Assembly: GCA_049601735.1 (NCBI GenBank)
Contig: JBMYQW010000001.1
Span: 1 to 48,195 of the forward strand
Source of the DNA: Spirulinaceae cyanobacterium
GTDB taxonomy: Bacteria > Cyanobacteriota > Cyanobacteriia > Cyanobacteriales > Spirulinaceae
Direction: 5' to 3'
Length of the DNA: 48,195 nt
The notes beneath the pieces are model-generated. The model had not been told where the DNA came from and made no database searches. It saw nothing but the letters and a program-made list of their open reading frames with translations. Position numbers and translations under genes: made by a program. This document shows, one piece after another, positions 1 through 15,000 of this stretch. Numbering within the stretch: position 1 is the stretch's first letter; every line of letters starts with the position of its first letter.

Positions 1-3000
1 CATCGGCTAACCCAATCACACTGCCCATCCCATCTTCCAGGTAATAAACCGGATTGCCCAGCTCATCCAAGCGCATCAACGGCATCGACCCCGCATACAC
101 ATACGCCGCCAACGGATCGCCCGCTGCATCCGAAATTAGGTGCGGTGAGGCTAACCCATCCCCCGGATTCGGAGCCACCAGATAATCCCGCGTGCCCCGC
201 TCATCACTCATCTCCACCCGGCGACCCTCACTGTCGTAGTCATAGCTGACAATCGAGACGCCATTAGCATCGGTCACATTCACCAACAGGTCATCACTGT
301 TGTAGATCAGGTTAAAGGTCTCCCCATCCCGGACAATCTGGTCAACCCGACCACCATCGTCGTAACGATAGGTTTCTGTTCCTGAATCAGTGACGATGGT
401 CGAGAGCTGATGGATGCTATCACCGTAATCATAGGTTCCTTCAGCAACGCCGCTTGAAACCGACTGACGATTACCGTCCGCATCATAGGTGTAGGTGATC
501 TCCTCAATCAAAACACCCTGGTCGTCATAATAGGCTTCACTCTCCAACCGCAGTGAGGGATCATAATCCAGCTCAACATAAGAGCCATCTTCACGGGTAA
601 TCTTCGTCGGTTCCCCACCCGGAGCACGTTCATAGGTTACGGAAGCAAGCTCTGTTGTGCTGTTCGGTTCAGGCGCATAGTGGGTAATGCTCTCAATATA
701 GTCTGTGTTTTCCTTGTAGGTGTAGACCGTCTTGATGCCATTGGGCAATGTCCGTTCCGTCAGACGATTCACCTCGTCGTAGGTCATAGTGGTCGTGCCC
801 GTGAGCGGGTCAACCACCTTCGTCAGGTTATTGTTGCCGTCATATTCGTAAGTCGTCTCAAAGGTTTCCGGCGGATTCACACCATCCGGCTCCGCCGTCA
901 CCTTGACGCTGCTCATCCGACCCAAAGCATCATAGCCATATTCAACCTTGCTGCCATCGGGATATTCCAAGCCAGCAAATGCCCCGGTATCGGGTTCATA
1001 GAGGTAGGTCGTAGTTTCGGTTGTGCCCGCATTTTCCGTGACCGTCGTGAGTTGATTCGTGTCAGGGTCATAGCCAAAGGTGACATCACTGACCACATTC
1101 CCGTTATCAGTTTCGGTGCGGCGGGTTTCTAAGCCCGTGTCGGGGTCATAGGTATAGTCCACCACGGCACCCGAGGGCAGGGTTTCCCGCATCAGTTCAT
1201 TGGTCACGGGGTCGTAGACGAAGGAGCGACTGTTGCCACCATCGCCGTAGACGATGGTTTCAATTTCACCGTTGTCGGTGTAGTTGTAGCCGAGAATCGT
1301 CTCGCCCGTCGGGGTCTGGACACTGTAGTCATAGTCAGCCCCGTCGTAATGGAAGGTGTAGACGGTGTCACCCCAGTCGGTGGCGGATTCGAGGCGACCA
1401 AATTCGTCGTAGGTGAAGTCGCGGTCACGTCCGCCTCGGTCAGTGATTTCCGTGGGATAGTCACTGCCCTCTAGCAGGTTGTTGTCGTAGAGGTATTCGG
1501 CGCTGGTGCTGGTGCCATCGGCATACTGGGTCGAGTCGGGCAGGTATTCGGCGGTTTGGGTGCTGGTGGTGCGCCGACCCAAGGGGTCAATGACTGTGGT
1601 GGTGGTGTCGGTATATTCATACCGCCAGAGTTCCCCATTGGCATCGGTCATGGTCTTGATCTGACCATCGGTGTAGTAGGTGTAATGGGTGATGTAGCTC
1701 GTGCCATCGGGCAGACGAATTTCGCGGGCGGCGACTTGACCCAAGAGGTTGTCGTTGAGCGCGTCGGGGTCGGTGTAGCCATCCCCGAGGGTGGTTTGGT
1801 GCTCGTCGTAGTAAGTGAGGGTCTTGATGCCGGTGTTTTCATCCGTTACCTCGGTGACTCGTCCTAGGGGGTCGTTGTAGAGGTAGGTGGTGGTGCCATC
1901 AGGCGTGATTTCTTGCCAGAGTTGCCCGTTGTCGTGGTAGGTGAAGGTTAGATTTTCGCCTTCGGGTGTGACCCAGCCGCCGAGTTTGCCGTCGTCGGTG
2001 AACTTGCGCTCAATCGTGCCGATGGTGGGGGATTCAAGATAGGTCCAGTCACCGCCTGCGCCTTCGTAGTCGTAATCGACGTAGAGCCCATCGCCATAGT
2101 CCACATAGTCTTCGCGGCCCAAGCTGTCATAGGTGAAGAGTGAGACTTCCTCTTCCGGTGTGCCCGGATTCTCGATCATTCGCTCCAGATCACCATTGGC
2201 GTTGTATTCCATTTCGGTGACATCACCGTTGGCATCTTGCATCCAGCCCGGATTGCCGAAGGCATCGAAGTCTCCATAGTACGTCGTGCCATATTGGTCG
2301 GTTTCTTGAATCAGGTTCCCATTGGGCAGGTAAATCCAAGACTGAATCACATTGCCATCCCCATCCTTCAGAGCAGTCAGATTCCCCTGGCTGTTGTAGC
2401 CCATCTCAAAGGTTGCCCCGGTCGGCAGCGTCACAGAGGTCTGCTGACCATATTCGTTGTAGGTGTAGTAGGTCGTCGCTGGGTCACTGTTGCTCGGGTC
2501 ATGCAGTTCTGTCCGGGAGGTCAGATTTCGTTCGGCATCGTAGGTGTAGTTAACAACGTTGCCATTGGCATCAATGGTCTGGGTCAGCAGATGAGGGTCA
2601 TTCGGGTCTTCATATTTAAAGATGACGGTATGCCCAGCGGCGTTCTCTTGGCGAATTACATTGCCGATGTCATCGTATTCATGCAGCGTCGGGTTGCCCA
2701 AAGCATCCTTGGTGATTTGGGTATTGCTGTCGGGGTCGTATTCAAACTCAATCGGGTCGCCATCAGCATCAAAGATCTTCTTGAGCTTGCCATCGGGCAG
2801 ATATTCAGTGCGGACGGCAGGACGATCAAGGGGGTCTTCGATGCGGGTTAAGAAATGGTCTCGGTTCGGGTCTTCGTAGAAGAACTCGGTCTCGTTGTTT
2901 TCGGCATCCGTAACCTTAATCAGGTTGCCTTCCGCATCGTAGTCGTAGGTGATGACGTTATCACGCGGGTCAATCACCTTCACAATCCGACCTTCCGCAT

Positions 3001-6000
3001 CCCGCTCAAAGCGAACGGTTACGCCTGTATCACTGCTAATCCCGGCATCGGTGAAGGTGAGTTTGTTGCCGTTGGTGTCGGTGGCAGTCAGTAGATCGCC
3101 GCTCTCGGGATCAATCTGATACTCAATGCCATCACGGGTGGTGAGGGTGTATTGACCGCCAAAGCGGAAGTCAGCGGGGTTGTAGGGCGTGCCGTCAACG
3201 GCGCGGTATTCTCCATTATTCTGGTCTTCCAGGATCACAGTTCCCTTCACCGAAAGGGTCAAGCCGGAACCATCTTCTGCGACGAAGGCTGGAGAGTAAG
3301 GCGTTAGGCTGGCAAAGGTTGTTAGCCCAGCTTCGGCAAATTCTTCATTCAGCACTGGCTGGAAGCGGAACGATGTGCGTTTGCCACCGGGCAAGGTGAC
3401 GAAGACTCGGGTGTTCTCGGTAAAGGCAGGGTAACGACCCACTAGCTCTTCTTCGGGAGTCTGGGAACGTACACTGACCTGCAAGTTGGTATCCCGGAAC
3501 TCTAAGCGCCAGCCCTGACCAAAGTTATCGGACTGGTGCGCCGTCATACTGTCATAGGTGCGCGTCACCGAGATTGGGATGCCCGCTACAGGCAGTTCGA
3601 GGTCGGTGAAGGAGACCTGGAAGTTGCCGAGCTTCAGCTCACCTATCACCTCTACTTGCTCTTCAAAGAAGCCCGTTGACCCACCGGTGGTCTCAGAAGC
3701 CGTCAGGCGCAGCATATAGCTGTCATTGGGCAGCAATGAAGGGTCAAACGTGCCCAAGGGCTGGGCATCGGGCTTGCTGCCATCAATCTCAGGCACATTT
3801 GTCTGCTCAAAGATCGTGATGGGTTCACTGCCGTCGCGGGGAATCGCTTCGAGTTTGTACGAGACCGTATCCCCTTCACTGTTGAGCACCGTGCCGTAAA
3901 TCGGGGTGGGAGTACTGACAAGGGCGGTATCACCAGCTTCGGCTTTGAGATTATCCAGGTTGAGGTCGATGGTGACTTCGGCGTTGGATTGGGAGTTGAA
4001 GAAGCCAATCTGGAGCGTTTTGCTACTCTCATTGTCGGCAGTGTCCGTGGCTGTTGCTCGCAGTTCTAAGGTCTCGCCGGGCTGACCCACGGGGACAATC
4101 GCAACACCACGACTATCCAAGGGCACGGCAACCCAATCCCCGTTGTTGAGCTGGGTTTCCAGTTGCAGGCTCTTGAGTTTCACATCATCAATGCCCCTCA
4201 CTTGGAACATCATGGTATTGCCTTGACTGACATCTTTCTCAAAGTCGTTGGCTGGATCAAGGGCATCACTAATCACGCCAACGGGTCGGATAACAACTTG
4301 AGGCGCGACATCATCTTGAATCACCGTAAGGTTAATCGTTTCAGTCGTTTCACCCCCCAAGGGATCGGTGATAGTCACGGTAAAGGCAGGCAAACTGCCC
4401 ACATCATCCGCATCCGGTGTCCAACGTATCCGACCTAATTCATCAATCGTCACCCCTGCATCGAGCGCCGCTTGATGGCCGGGGATGTCTGCAATGGTAT
4501 AGGTCAATTCCTGACCCTCGGGATCAATCGCCTTGAGGTCGTAGACATACTCCTGTCCTACGGCTGCCGTATCTGGAGCTTGGGAATTGAGAATCGGGGC
4601 TTGATTCTCCAAGACCGTTACGGTGAATCCTTGCACTGCCCCATGCTCATCATCTGCCGCTGCCACTACAATGTCGTACTGCTGATTGGCATTCGTGCCA
4701 TCAAACGTCCAATTCAGCACACCCTGACTGTCAATGTAGAGACTGGTGGCATCAAAGCCTTGTGCAACCAAAGCATCCCAGTTGAGGATTTGGTAGTTAA
4801 ACTCTCCATTGGTCTTGCCTTCAGGATCATCAATTTCTAGAGCATAGGTGTAGGGGACAGTCGTATCCGCCACATAGCTCGGTAGGGAAGTAATACTGTG
4901 GGGTGAATTGGCTACTTGTGGGTTGGTCTCAGGGGTACTAACTTCCACTGTAAAGCGTTGGCTGGTGCTACCGCCTTGAGCATCCGTCACCACTACCTCT
5001 GCTGTGTAGGAACCGGCTGTATTGGGTGTCCAAAGCACGTCACCTGTTAACGGATCGATAGTCATGCCAGTAGGTGCTTCACTAAACTGATAAGTCAGGG
5101 CATCACCTTCAATATCCTGGGCAACGACCGTGTAGCGGTAGTCCTTGTTGGTACTGCCTTGAGTTGGTGGTGTGGAGTAAATCGTTGGTGGCTTATTGGC
5201 TCCACTGACCGACAGGGTGAATTCTTGACCGGAGGCTACACCGGACGGGTCAATCGTTTCAATAATGATGATATGGTCGCCAATCTGGTCGGATTGAGGC
5301 TGCCAGCTCACGGCTCCAGTCAAGGGGTCAATGACCATACCTCGTGGGGCTTCAATTAAACGCCATAGCAAGGTATCGCCATCGGGGTCACTGGCTGTCG
5401 CGTCATAGCGATAGCGTCGCTCAATGTTAGTTTGTTGTTCAGGAATTGAGGTAATGCGGGGTGGACGGTTCTCGGCGAAGTTAAAGGCATCAATTGTCCA
5501 TTCGTATTCAAGGATGTCAGTCCCATCGCTGATGGCAACCTTGACCCGATGCTCATCAATCTGACTCGCGTCCGGTTGCCAGAAGATGTTGCCTTCACTG
5601 TCTATGGTCATGCCCGCTGGGGCAACGTCATTGCCGTTTTCCTGGACAAACTGATAGGTCAGCGCATCACCATCCGGGTCGGTGGCTTTGAGAACGTGGA
5701 AGTAATTGGCTCCCAGGCGAATGCTTGTCGGTGGGGTTGACTGGAGTTCTGGTGGACGATTGGTCACGGCTTCAATCACCGTGGTGCGAATTGTCTGGAT
5801 GTCCGTGGCCCCCTGCGGGTCACTCACCTGGATGGTGATTTCCTGCTCTCCGAGGCTACTGGGTGTCCAAGTGAGCGTGCCATCGGCGGTGAGATTGACG
5901 CCGCTGGGTGAGTCAATCAGGCTGTAGGTGAGGTTTTCCTGGTCAGCGTCATCCCAGTCAAAAGCCGCGGCTTGATAGGTGAGGGTCTTGCCAAGCTGCG

Positions 6001-9000
6001 GCTCAACGGTTTCGGGAAAGGTGGAGGTGAAGATCGGGGCTTGATTAGGGGCTTCGAGTTCTACTTCGATGGTTTGCAACGCTTGACCGCCATTGCCATC
6101 TTTGGCAATGAGTAAAACGTCGAATTTGACACTTGTCGGAGCAGCATCGGGTCGGCCAAAGGCGGTCAGACGAGCTTGCACCTCACGCAGTTCAGCATAG
6201 TAGTCTTCCACTTGAGCTTTTGTGGGATTCCAGACCACAATGCCCGTATCTGGATCGACTGCCATGCCGTCAGGTTCAAGGGCAAGGTCATAGGTCAAAA
6301 TGTCCGCATCGGGGTCAACGGCATTGGCGCTGTAGCGGAAGCTCTCACCCCCTGCCAGCACCACATCGGGAGCGGTGGTCACAAAGCTTGGATCACCATT
6401 GGGACGGTTGGCTTCTCCATCATGGAGACCAAACCACCGTTCAACGGGTTCACCATCTTTGACCTGGACGATCCAGGGGTCACTGGTGGTGGGATCGTCA
6501 TCAGGGTTGGTGGCTGTTTGACCATACGCTTCGGGTCGGATGGCTCGGATGACATAGTTTTCGGTGTCACTGAGGGGCAGATTTTCAAAGCGGTAGCCCA
6601 CAAAGGCCCGTTCGACGAGAGAGTCGGTATTTTGTTCTCCGGTGACTTGCCAGGGTTCACTGTCATCGAATACCCCATCCCCATTGGGGTCGAGATCCAG
6701 TTGCCCATTGTTATTGGTGTCAAGGTAGACAGTGATGCCTGCTAAATCGGGTTCAAGCTGATAGGCTGCATCCTTACCACTGAGAATGTCTACAAATTCT
6801 TCCACATCGAGCAATTGCCGCACATTGGGATCAATGGGCGTCATCGTTGTAATCGTGGAATAGGGGCCTACGGCAAAAGCACTCAAGGTGGCTCCAGTGT
6901 CGCGGATGGCTTGGGCACTTGCTGCTAACGCTGCACGATTCTCCGGTAACGTAACCCCCCCGTCATAGCCATCGGAGAGGAAGATGACATTGGGGTTTTC
7001 TGTCCCGAGGACATCAATGTACTGGGAAATATCATCAATCGCGCCTTGGATATCCGTTCCATCGTGACCGGGGATGAAAGCGGGCGTTAGGGCATCGAGG
7101 TATTCCAGAATATCGGGTGTGCCGTTCCCGTCATAGTCTGCTTCTGGGGTGATAAAGGCATCCAGGTCGCCACCAGGAATCCAGTCATGGGGCAAGGTTC
7201 CTGTTGTGCCGGTGTTATGACCGGCAATAGCAATTTTGATTTGATTCCCCAAGCCCTGGGAAATATAGCTCTCAATCAATCCTTTGGTGGCGGCAATCTG
7301 AGCATCCAGTACGGTTTCAATCCCATCAGGGCCGGGGAAGGGGGCAGCGACACTGCCAGAGGTGTCAATGGCAATCACAATCGCCGGATCATCCCCTTGA
7401 ATAAGCAGACTATCCCGGAGACCATTCCCGTTGAGGTCGTCAAAGACCGTGCCTTGAATGGTTCCTAAGCTCTCGTGGGGAGTGACATCGAAGGTCTGGG
7501 TATCAAAGCCCCCTCGTCCATCCGTAACTTCTACAGTGAAGGTTTCTGGATTCCCTGCGGTCACAGCATCACTGGGGAACCACAGCAACTCGCCAGTATC
7601 CGTGCTAATTACTGCACCTACTGGCGCATCGACTAAGCGGTATTTGAGCGCGTCACCATCCGCATCCAAGGCGGTGAGCTGATACCGATACATCCCTTGG
7701 TCAAGGGCCACTTTCTCAACGGGCTGACTGAGAATATTAGGTGCATTGTTCTCTGGATCGGGCCAGAGCTTGATGGCATAGGTTTGGAGAGCACGGCCGC
7801 CGCGACCATCATCAGCTTCAACAGTGACGGTGTAGGTTCCCAGGCTGCTGCCTTCTCCATCTAGGGCATCAGCACTGTTCTCACCCGTTCCTGGTGTGAC
7901 GAGATCAGGTCGGGCGGCAGCATGGAGATAGGGGATGAACTCATAAGTAGACGCACTACTCCCCTCGTTTTTCACAACGATAGTGTATTCGCCACTTTGC
8001 GGGAGTTCGATACTGCGGGCATCCTGATTGCTGGTGTCTGAACTCACAGTCAACGGCACAAGTTGATTATTGGGGCCATACACTTCAATTTCCCCCAGAC
8101 CAGATAGGTGGTCTAAGAATAGAGTTTGGCCCGCTTCCGCCGTAATGCGCTGGGCGACATATTCTTTGGGCGCAATAGTGACACTGGTGGCTAGGTTGGG
8201 AGTAAGCTCTGTTGCGGTACTCAACTCTAGAATTTGGAATTTAGAGGTTTGAGTTCCCGCTTGGGTTCCCCGTAAGACCAATTGGTAAACCCCTTCTTCG
8301 GTCAAAGTCAGGATCTCGTCGATATCTTCTCCAGTTTTGGTACTGGCGAGAACTTGACCATTGGGTTTATAGATTGTGGCTTCAACGTTGTTCCCCTCTA
8401 AGCCGTTGAAGAGGTAGCGTACCCCATTGGCTCCATTGAAGGTGTAGACCTTGGTTTCGTAGTTGGTGAGGGTGTCTTGAACGGCATGACCCACTTCCAG
8501 ATAGTTGGCTCCCCGAGTGCTGGCGGGGAATTCGACCAACTCGAACTGATAGTTGCTATTGAGTGAACCGGTGATTTCGAGGGTGTAATCCCCTTGCTGC
8601 GGTAGGACAGCGGTTAGGTGTTCGTTCTGATTCGCAGAGAAGATTTCGGTACTGCCGTCGGGGGCGATGAGACGGGCGGTAATGCTGCCATTTATATTGG
8701 GCGGCAGTGTGAAAAAGACTTGGGTTCCCACATTGCCAGTGATGGTATAGGTCTCGGGGCCAGTGGTCGTAATCGTGCCACTGACGGCGCGGTTGAGATC
8801 ATTGGTCAGGGGTGGGAGACCAGCGGCTGGTGTGGCGGTTACGCCATAGTTGAGAGGAGTTGCCCCTGAGTTGATGACCGCCAGGGTGTATTGACCATTG
8901 GCTGGGAGGGTTGCAGCGAAGTCGTTGGCATCACTGCTACGGGCAATCTCGGCGTTACCACTGTCGTAAAGTACCCATTCAACTCCGGGATCAGTGGTGA

Positions 9001-12000
9001 GGTCATCCAGGTCAAGATCCAAGATTTGACCCCGTGTTCCTGTGAAGTGATACAAGTCTGTGGTTTGAGGGGCGACTTGACCGGTTGTGGGGCTGCCGAG
9101 AGGTAATGCGGGTGTGGTTGCAAGATCACTGAGTTGGAAGGTGTAGGCGGCTCCCGGATAGGGTTGACCATCAATCCCTTCAATCACGACCCGATAGGCT
9201 CCTGGAGCCGTCAGGGTGATGGCTTTGGTGTCATTCAGCACTGTGCCTGTGGTTTCACCCGGTGCATAAAGCTGGATGTTCAGGTTCGCATCCTTGACGA
9301 GTTCGTCAAAGAACAGTTTCTGCCCTGTTGCGCCTGTAAAGGTGAAAGTGTCTTGTTCTCCAAGTTCACTAACCGTGCCACTGACCGTCGTACCCAGCGT
9401 GAGGTCAGCTGTCGCACTGTGGGGAAGATACACCTGGATATCGTAGTCCGCAGCCACGCCTTGGCTTTCCACCACGAGGGTATAGTCCCCATCTTGAGGA
9501 AGCGTCATTAGTTCTTTATCTGCACCTGTGGGTGTCGAGAGGTTGATAGCCTTGCCGTCTGGGCCAATCACCTGAAAGCGATATTGACCCCCTGCGGTCT
9601 GGGAGTTGTCATTCAGCTTATCTTCCAGATAGAAGGGTTGACCGGCGACACCAGAGAAGCGATAGATCTCAACGGACTTGGCCCCAGCAGCCAAACTGCC
9701 ACTGATCTGCATCGAGTCTGGTTCGTCCGGGTTGAGGCGAGGGGCATTGTCAACATCTAAGATTCGGAGACTGTAGTCACCAACCGTATCGACGGATGTG
9801 CTGTACGCTTCGACTTTGACGGTATACGTCCCGATTTCTTCTAAAGAATAAACATACTGCGCTTCACCAGAATTCTGGGGGGGTGGTGCATCACTAGCCG
9901 TAGAGCGTTGTTGAGATAATGCTTTGCCGCTCGGAGCAATTAACGTGTATCGAATATAGTTGTTGGCATTTCCAGTCAGACCATCAAACCAAATCTTCTG
10001 ACCCGGTTGAGCATAGAAACTGTATTCATCCGTTTCCTGAGGTTCATTGAGAGACCCCACAATGGTTTCTCCGAGGGTGTAAGGGGTTGTAGTGGTGTCA
10101 GGCGTCACCAAGGTTAAGTCATAACCACTGGAGTTAGAGACGGCTAGCAGGTATTCACCGGTATAAGGCAGCGTCAGACGACCACTATCTCCGCTTTTTG
10201 GGAATTGCCAACGGACCCCATCGGCATCGTAGAGGGTGTAATTGAGACCGCCTGCTTGCTCATTCACATCCACAAAGAGCGTTTCGCCTTCTACTCCCGT
10301 AAAACGGTACAGATCAACAGTCTCGGGGGTTGTATCGTTGTTTTGGAGTCGGATGGTATCGGTCATTGCATCCCAGGTTTGCAAGGGGGCATCTTGCCCG
10401 CTGGCATCCAAAAGCTGGAATTGATAGTCACCGACGCCATCGTAATAGCCGTCGATTTCTAAGCGGTATGTGCCATCCTCGGGTAAAACCAACCGTAGTT
10501 CAGCGTCGCTACCCGGATCATTGAGTGGATCATTGATGACATTCGACAAGAATCGGGTGACATTCCCCACCTTAATCCCACTGGGGGCATAGAGCGTTGC
10601 TTGGAGATCGCCATTCGCGAGCAAATTATCGAACCATAAGTGTTGACCCGCATTCCCCTCAAATTCAAAGAAATCCGTCTCGCCCGTTTCTGAAATCGTG
10701 CCACTGGTGGGAACACCAAAGCTGAGAGCTTGGGGCAGCGCAAAGTCTGGTGAAATGATTTCAAAGTCATAACTCCCCAGAGACGCACTATGAACCACTA
10801 ATGTGTAGCGACCGTCGGTGGGCAGTGAGAAATTGTTAGCTAAATCATTACTATTGAACCCACCCCAGTAACCTGGGATGTGATCAAGGAAAATCTGACC
10901 ATCGGGAGCATAAAGGTTGTATCGGTACGAGCCATTATGGTGATCAACATAGAGAGACTGGCCCGCTGTGCCATCAAGCTGATAGATGCGCGTCTCATTA
11001 TCACCGCCAAAATCACCACTCAGGGCAATGCTGCCATTTGCCTCCGTCATCACAGGCGCTTGGTCAACATCCATGATTCTGAATTGGTAATCCCCGGTGG
11101 TGGCGCTACTTCCATCCACAATTAGCTGATAAGTGCCCGCCTCAGGTAATCGAAAAGCCCCCGTGCTTAAACTCGAGTCTTGGTTGGTGCCTTGACTACT
11201 CCAGATTGTTTGACCAGAGGGGCTGAGGAGATCCGTAATGATGCCAGACTGTGTGCTTAAACCATCAAACCAAATCTGTTGATTTGCTTCCCCTGTGAAG
11301 GTGTAGAGATGCTGCTCACCCCGTTCGGTCAATGTGCCAGAAACAAAGGGTTGAGTGCCATCTCCGGTTACCCGTTCCCCGAGGGGGGTTGTGGTCCAGG
11401 TTAGGGGTGGATGGGCGATCGCTTCCGGGGTGCTGACGAGCTGAAGCTCATAGTTGCTATTGGAACCATTCCCGTAGACAACCAGCAGGTATTCGCCATC
11501 CACCGGGAGTCCCTGCTTTAAATCATGGGAGCTACCCGCAAATCCCCCCGAGGGCTTGTACAAGTCATAAGACGCATGGCTTGATAATTGGTCAAAGTAG
11601 AGGCGTTCGCCTTGAGCAGCGGTGAACTTATACAGATGAGCATCTCGGTTCTGGGCACCAAAGCTCCCGGTTAAGACCGGGTCATTATTCAAATCTACTA
11701 ATGTGGCATCAGCATCCGTGAGGAATTGGAACTGAGCATCGTTCTGGGGGACATATTGAGAAGATTCGATCGCCAGATAGTAGTCTCCAGGCTCATCCAG
11801 CACGTGGGGGCTTTTTTCACTCAGACCCACTCTTGTGTTGGTCTGGGCGTTATAGAGATAAAAACTCTCAGAGTTACTCCATTCAGTCCGGTTAAATAAG
11901 ACCTTATCCCCGACTTGCCCAGAGAGTTTATAGAGCTTGGTGCTGCCCGCAGTGAGGGTAATGTCATCCGTAAAGTTACCGGTTTGAGTGGGCAAGTTCG

Positions 12001-15000
12001 TATCGGTCAGAACTTGCAACTCCGCATTCAGCGAGTGGTAGGTCGGAGTCCCAAACTCTAGGTAATGCTCCCCGCTCTCGTTGAGGATGACATGGTGGAG
12101 ACCAGATGGGCCAATTCTGCCCGTCCAGGAACCTGCCGCGAGATTAATCACCTCACCACTGGGCTGATGCACCTTGAAGACCGTACTGCCACTCCCTGAG
12201 CCGAGGAAATCAAACCATAGACTCTGACCCGGTTCCCCTTGGAACTTGTAGAGTTGCGGTGTATCGGGAGGGAGATTAATGGATGTGGGGGTGTTGAAAT
12301 CTAAGGTTGTGGTGACATCCTGGCGAATAATTGGCGTAAAGGATGTGGTGAAGGGGATTTGGAAGTGGTAGTCGCCGGTGCCCGTGAGATGAACTTGATA
12401 GGTGTTGTCGCTATTGAGCGCAATGGGATTTCCAAACTCAAGGGGTTCTGCATCTTGGTTGGCGGGGCCAGAGAAGATAGACTGCCCGGCTTGGTTGTAA
12501 ACCGTGACCATAAAATCATCGCCACCACTAATGGCGTCAAAGGCTAACTTTTGCCCGGTCTGTGCCTTGAAGGTATAAATTTCGGTCTCACCGCTACTTA
12601 ATGTTCCTGATTGCGGCTCGTTGAAATGAATTGGCGTGACGGTTTTGACCTGGAATTGATACGAACCGAGTGCTTCATTATTCCCATCAAAAATTCCATC
12701 AAAGATGATCTGATATTCTCCAGGTTCAGTGAGGGTTAGGAGTTCACCTTGCTTTGTGGTTTGACCATCAGCGATCGCAGAATTCCCAAAGTCTGACTGA
12801 TCCCCAGAGGGACTGATGACTTTATACGTAATGCTTGAAGTCCCGTCTTGGAGCTCCACAAAGAGCTGCTGACCCGTTTGGCCGGTGAAGGTATACGTAT
12901 CCTGATCCCCCAGAACATCAATGTTGCCACTCTGTTGAGTATTGAGGCCGATCTGCGCAGAGGTATCAGAAGAGGCGATCGCTTCGAGATCATAGGCAAG
13001 CGGGGAATTACTCTTGTTGGTGAGCGCCAAATAGTAGGCTTGCTCAGAGCCAATCACAATCTCCGCATCATACTGACTGAGCCAGTCTTGACCACCGTCC
13101 GGCAGATACCAAATGGCTTCGAGATTAGAGCCCGCTAAACCATCAAGGTAAATGCGCTCGCCAACATTACCTGTGAATCGATAGAACTGCTTGGCTTGGG
13201 GCGCGATCGTGCCATTGAGGGGTTGGCCGACCAGAAATTCAGTGGACGCATCCACATCAATCAACTGGAAGTTATAGTCGCCAAGACGATCTTCATACCC
13301 TTTGACAATCACTTCGTATTCGCCGTCCTCAATGAGTTCAAAGGAGCGATCGCTAATGGTCGAGAAATCGCGTATCGGGTTGCTCGCGCTATTAAAAGCA
13401 TTATTACTAGAACCGGGACGCCAATAACGACCACTGGGAGCAACAATCCTGACTTGGATGTTTGGGTTATCGGCTAGCTCATTCAAGAACAAGTTTTGCC
13501 CCTTTTGCCCCGTAAAGGTATACGTATGCCACTCCCCGATCTCACCCAAGGTTCCCGTGATAGGCTGCTGGGGAACTGTACTCGTACTCGCCAGCGCCAC
13601 TGCGCCGGAGTCGATCGTTAGGGGTGTAATGACCTCAAATTCATAGTCAATTGGCGTATTGCTGCTATTTGACCCATGAATCACTAATGTATAGGTATCA
13701 TCTTTCCTGAGCAGAATTTCTTTGTCTTGCCCAGTGCTATCAAAGTAAACCGGCTGATTGCCTGAATCATACAGCGACCAAGACGCACTACTGTAGGTCG
13801 AAGAATCAAAATAGAGTCGTTCGCCAGCTTGCCCAGAGAAGGTATAAACATGAGCATTGCGCCCGGCTTCTGAACCCGATTCGAGGGGAACACTGAGGGT
13901 TCCATTGATTGGGGTATCAAAATTTAGGGGTGTTGCACCTTGCTCGAGGTCAATAATATTAAAGCGATAATCCCCCGTACTCGCCTGACTGCCATCAACC
14001 TCTAACGTGTAGGTGCCATCCTGAGTCAAGGTGATTGGATTGGAATCACCACCTAGATAGGAGAAGTGACTAATTGCGCTCTCATCCCCAGACGGGCTAC
14101 GCAACTTCACAATGAAGTTAGTCCCTGCCTCTTTTTCAATCAAGTCGAGTAAGAGGCGCTGACCGGCTTGCCCCGTAAAGGTATAAAGATCTTGCTCGCC
14201 TTTCTCTGTAATCTCACTGGCAATCAGTTGGGGCGTCTCATTTGTGCCGATCAGATTGCCAAGAGCATATTCCTGGGTTGTGGGTGTAATGATTTCAAAG
14301 GCATAGTCAACCGCATCCGCTGGGGTTGTTGCCCCTTCGACAACCAAAAGATATTCCCCAGACTGAGGAAGCTCTTGCTCTGCAATGGAGTCACTGATGC
14401 TATCCACATTGAAAATCTGGTTGCGATCAGGGCCATAAAGCACCCAATGAACTCCCGTATCAACCAGATCATCAATAAAGAGCTTTTGGCCCGCAACGCC
14501 TTCAAAGCGATACAGGCTATCTTGACTCCCAAATGCTGCCCCAGAAACGATTTCATCGAAAGTTGCCACAGGCGCTAGGCTGGGGTCAATCAAGCTGAAG
14601 CCATATTGCCCAACTTCATCACTGATCTCTCCTGGTGAGACTTTAATCTGATACCGTCCAGATTCATTCAGTCGGAATAAGGCTGGATCTTCAAAGGTCA
14701 CCGCAGGTAAGGTTTCTCCTGTGGGACTGACAATTTCAAACTGCCAGTCTTGAGCAACGAGGGGGTCAAAATAAATCTCTTGGCCAGCACGTCCATAGAA
14801 GGTATATTCATCCACTTCTCCAGGCAGACTAATTTTGCCAAAGACGGTGTCACCTAGGTTGAAGAAGGGTTCTGGCTGCCAGGTAATCTTCCCGGTCTCA
14901 GTATTAATCGTCATCCCTTCCGGGCCGAAGATGAGATCATAAAGCAGCACATCTCCGTCTGGATCAACCGCTTGAGCCAAGTAGTTGTATTCCTGACCCA

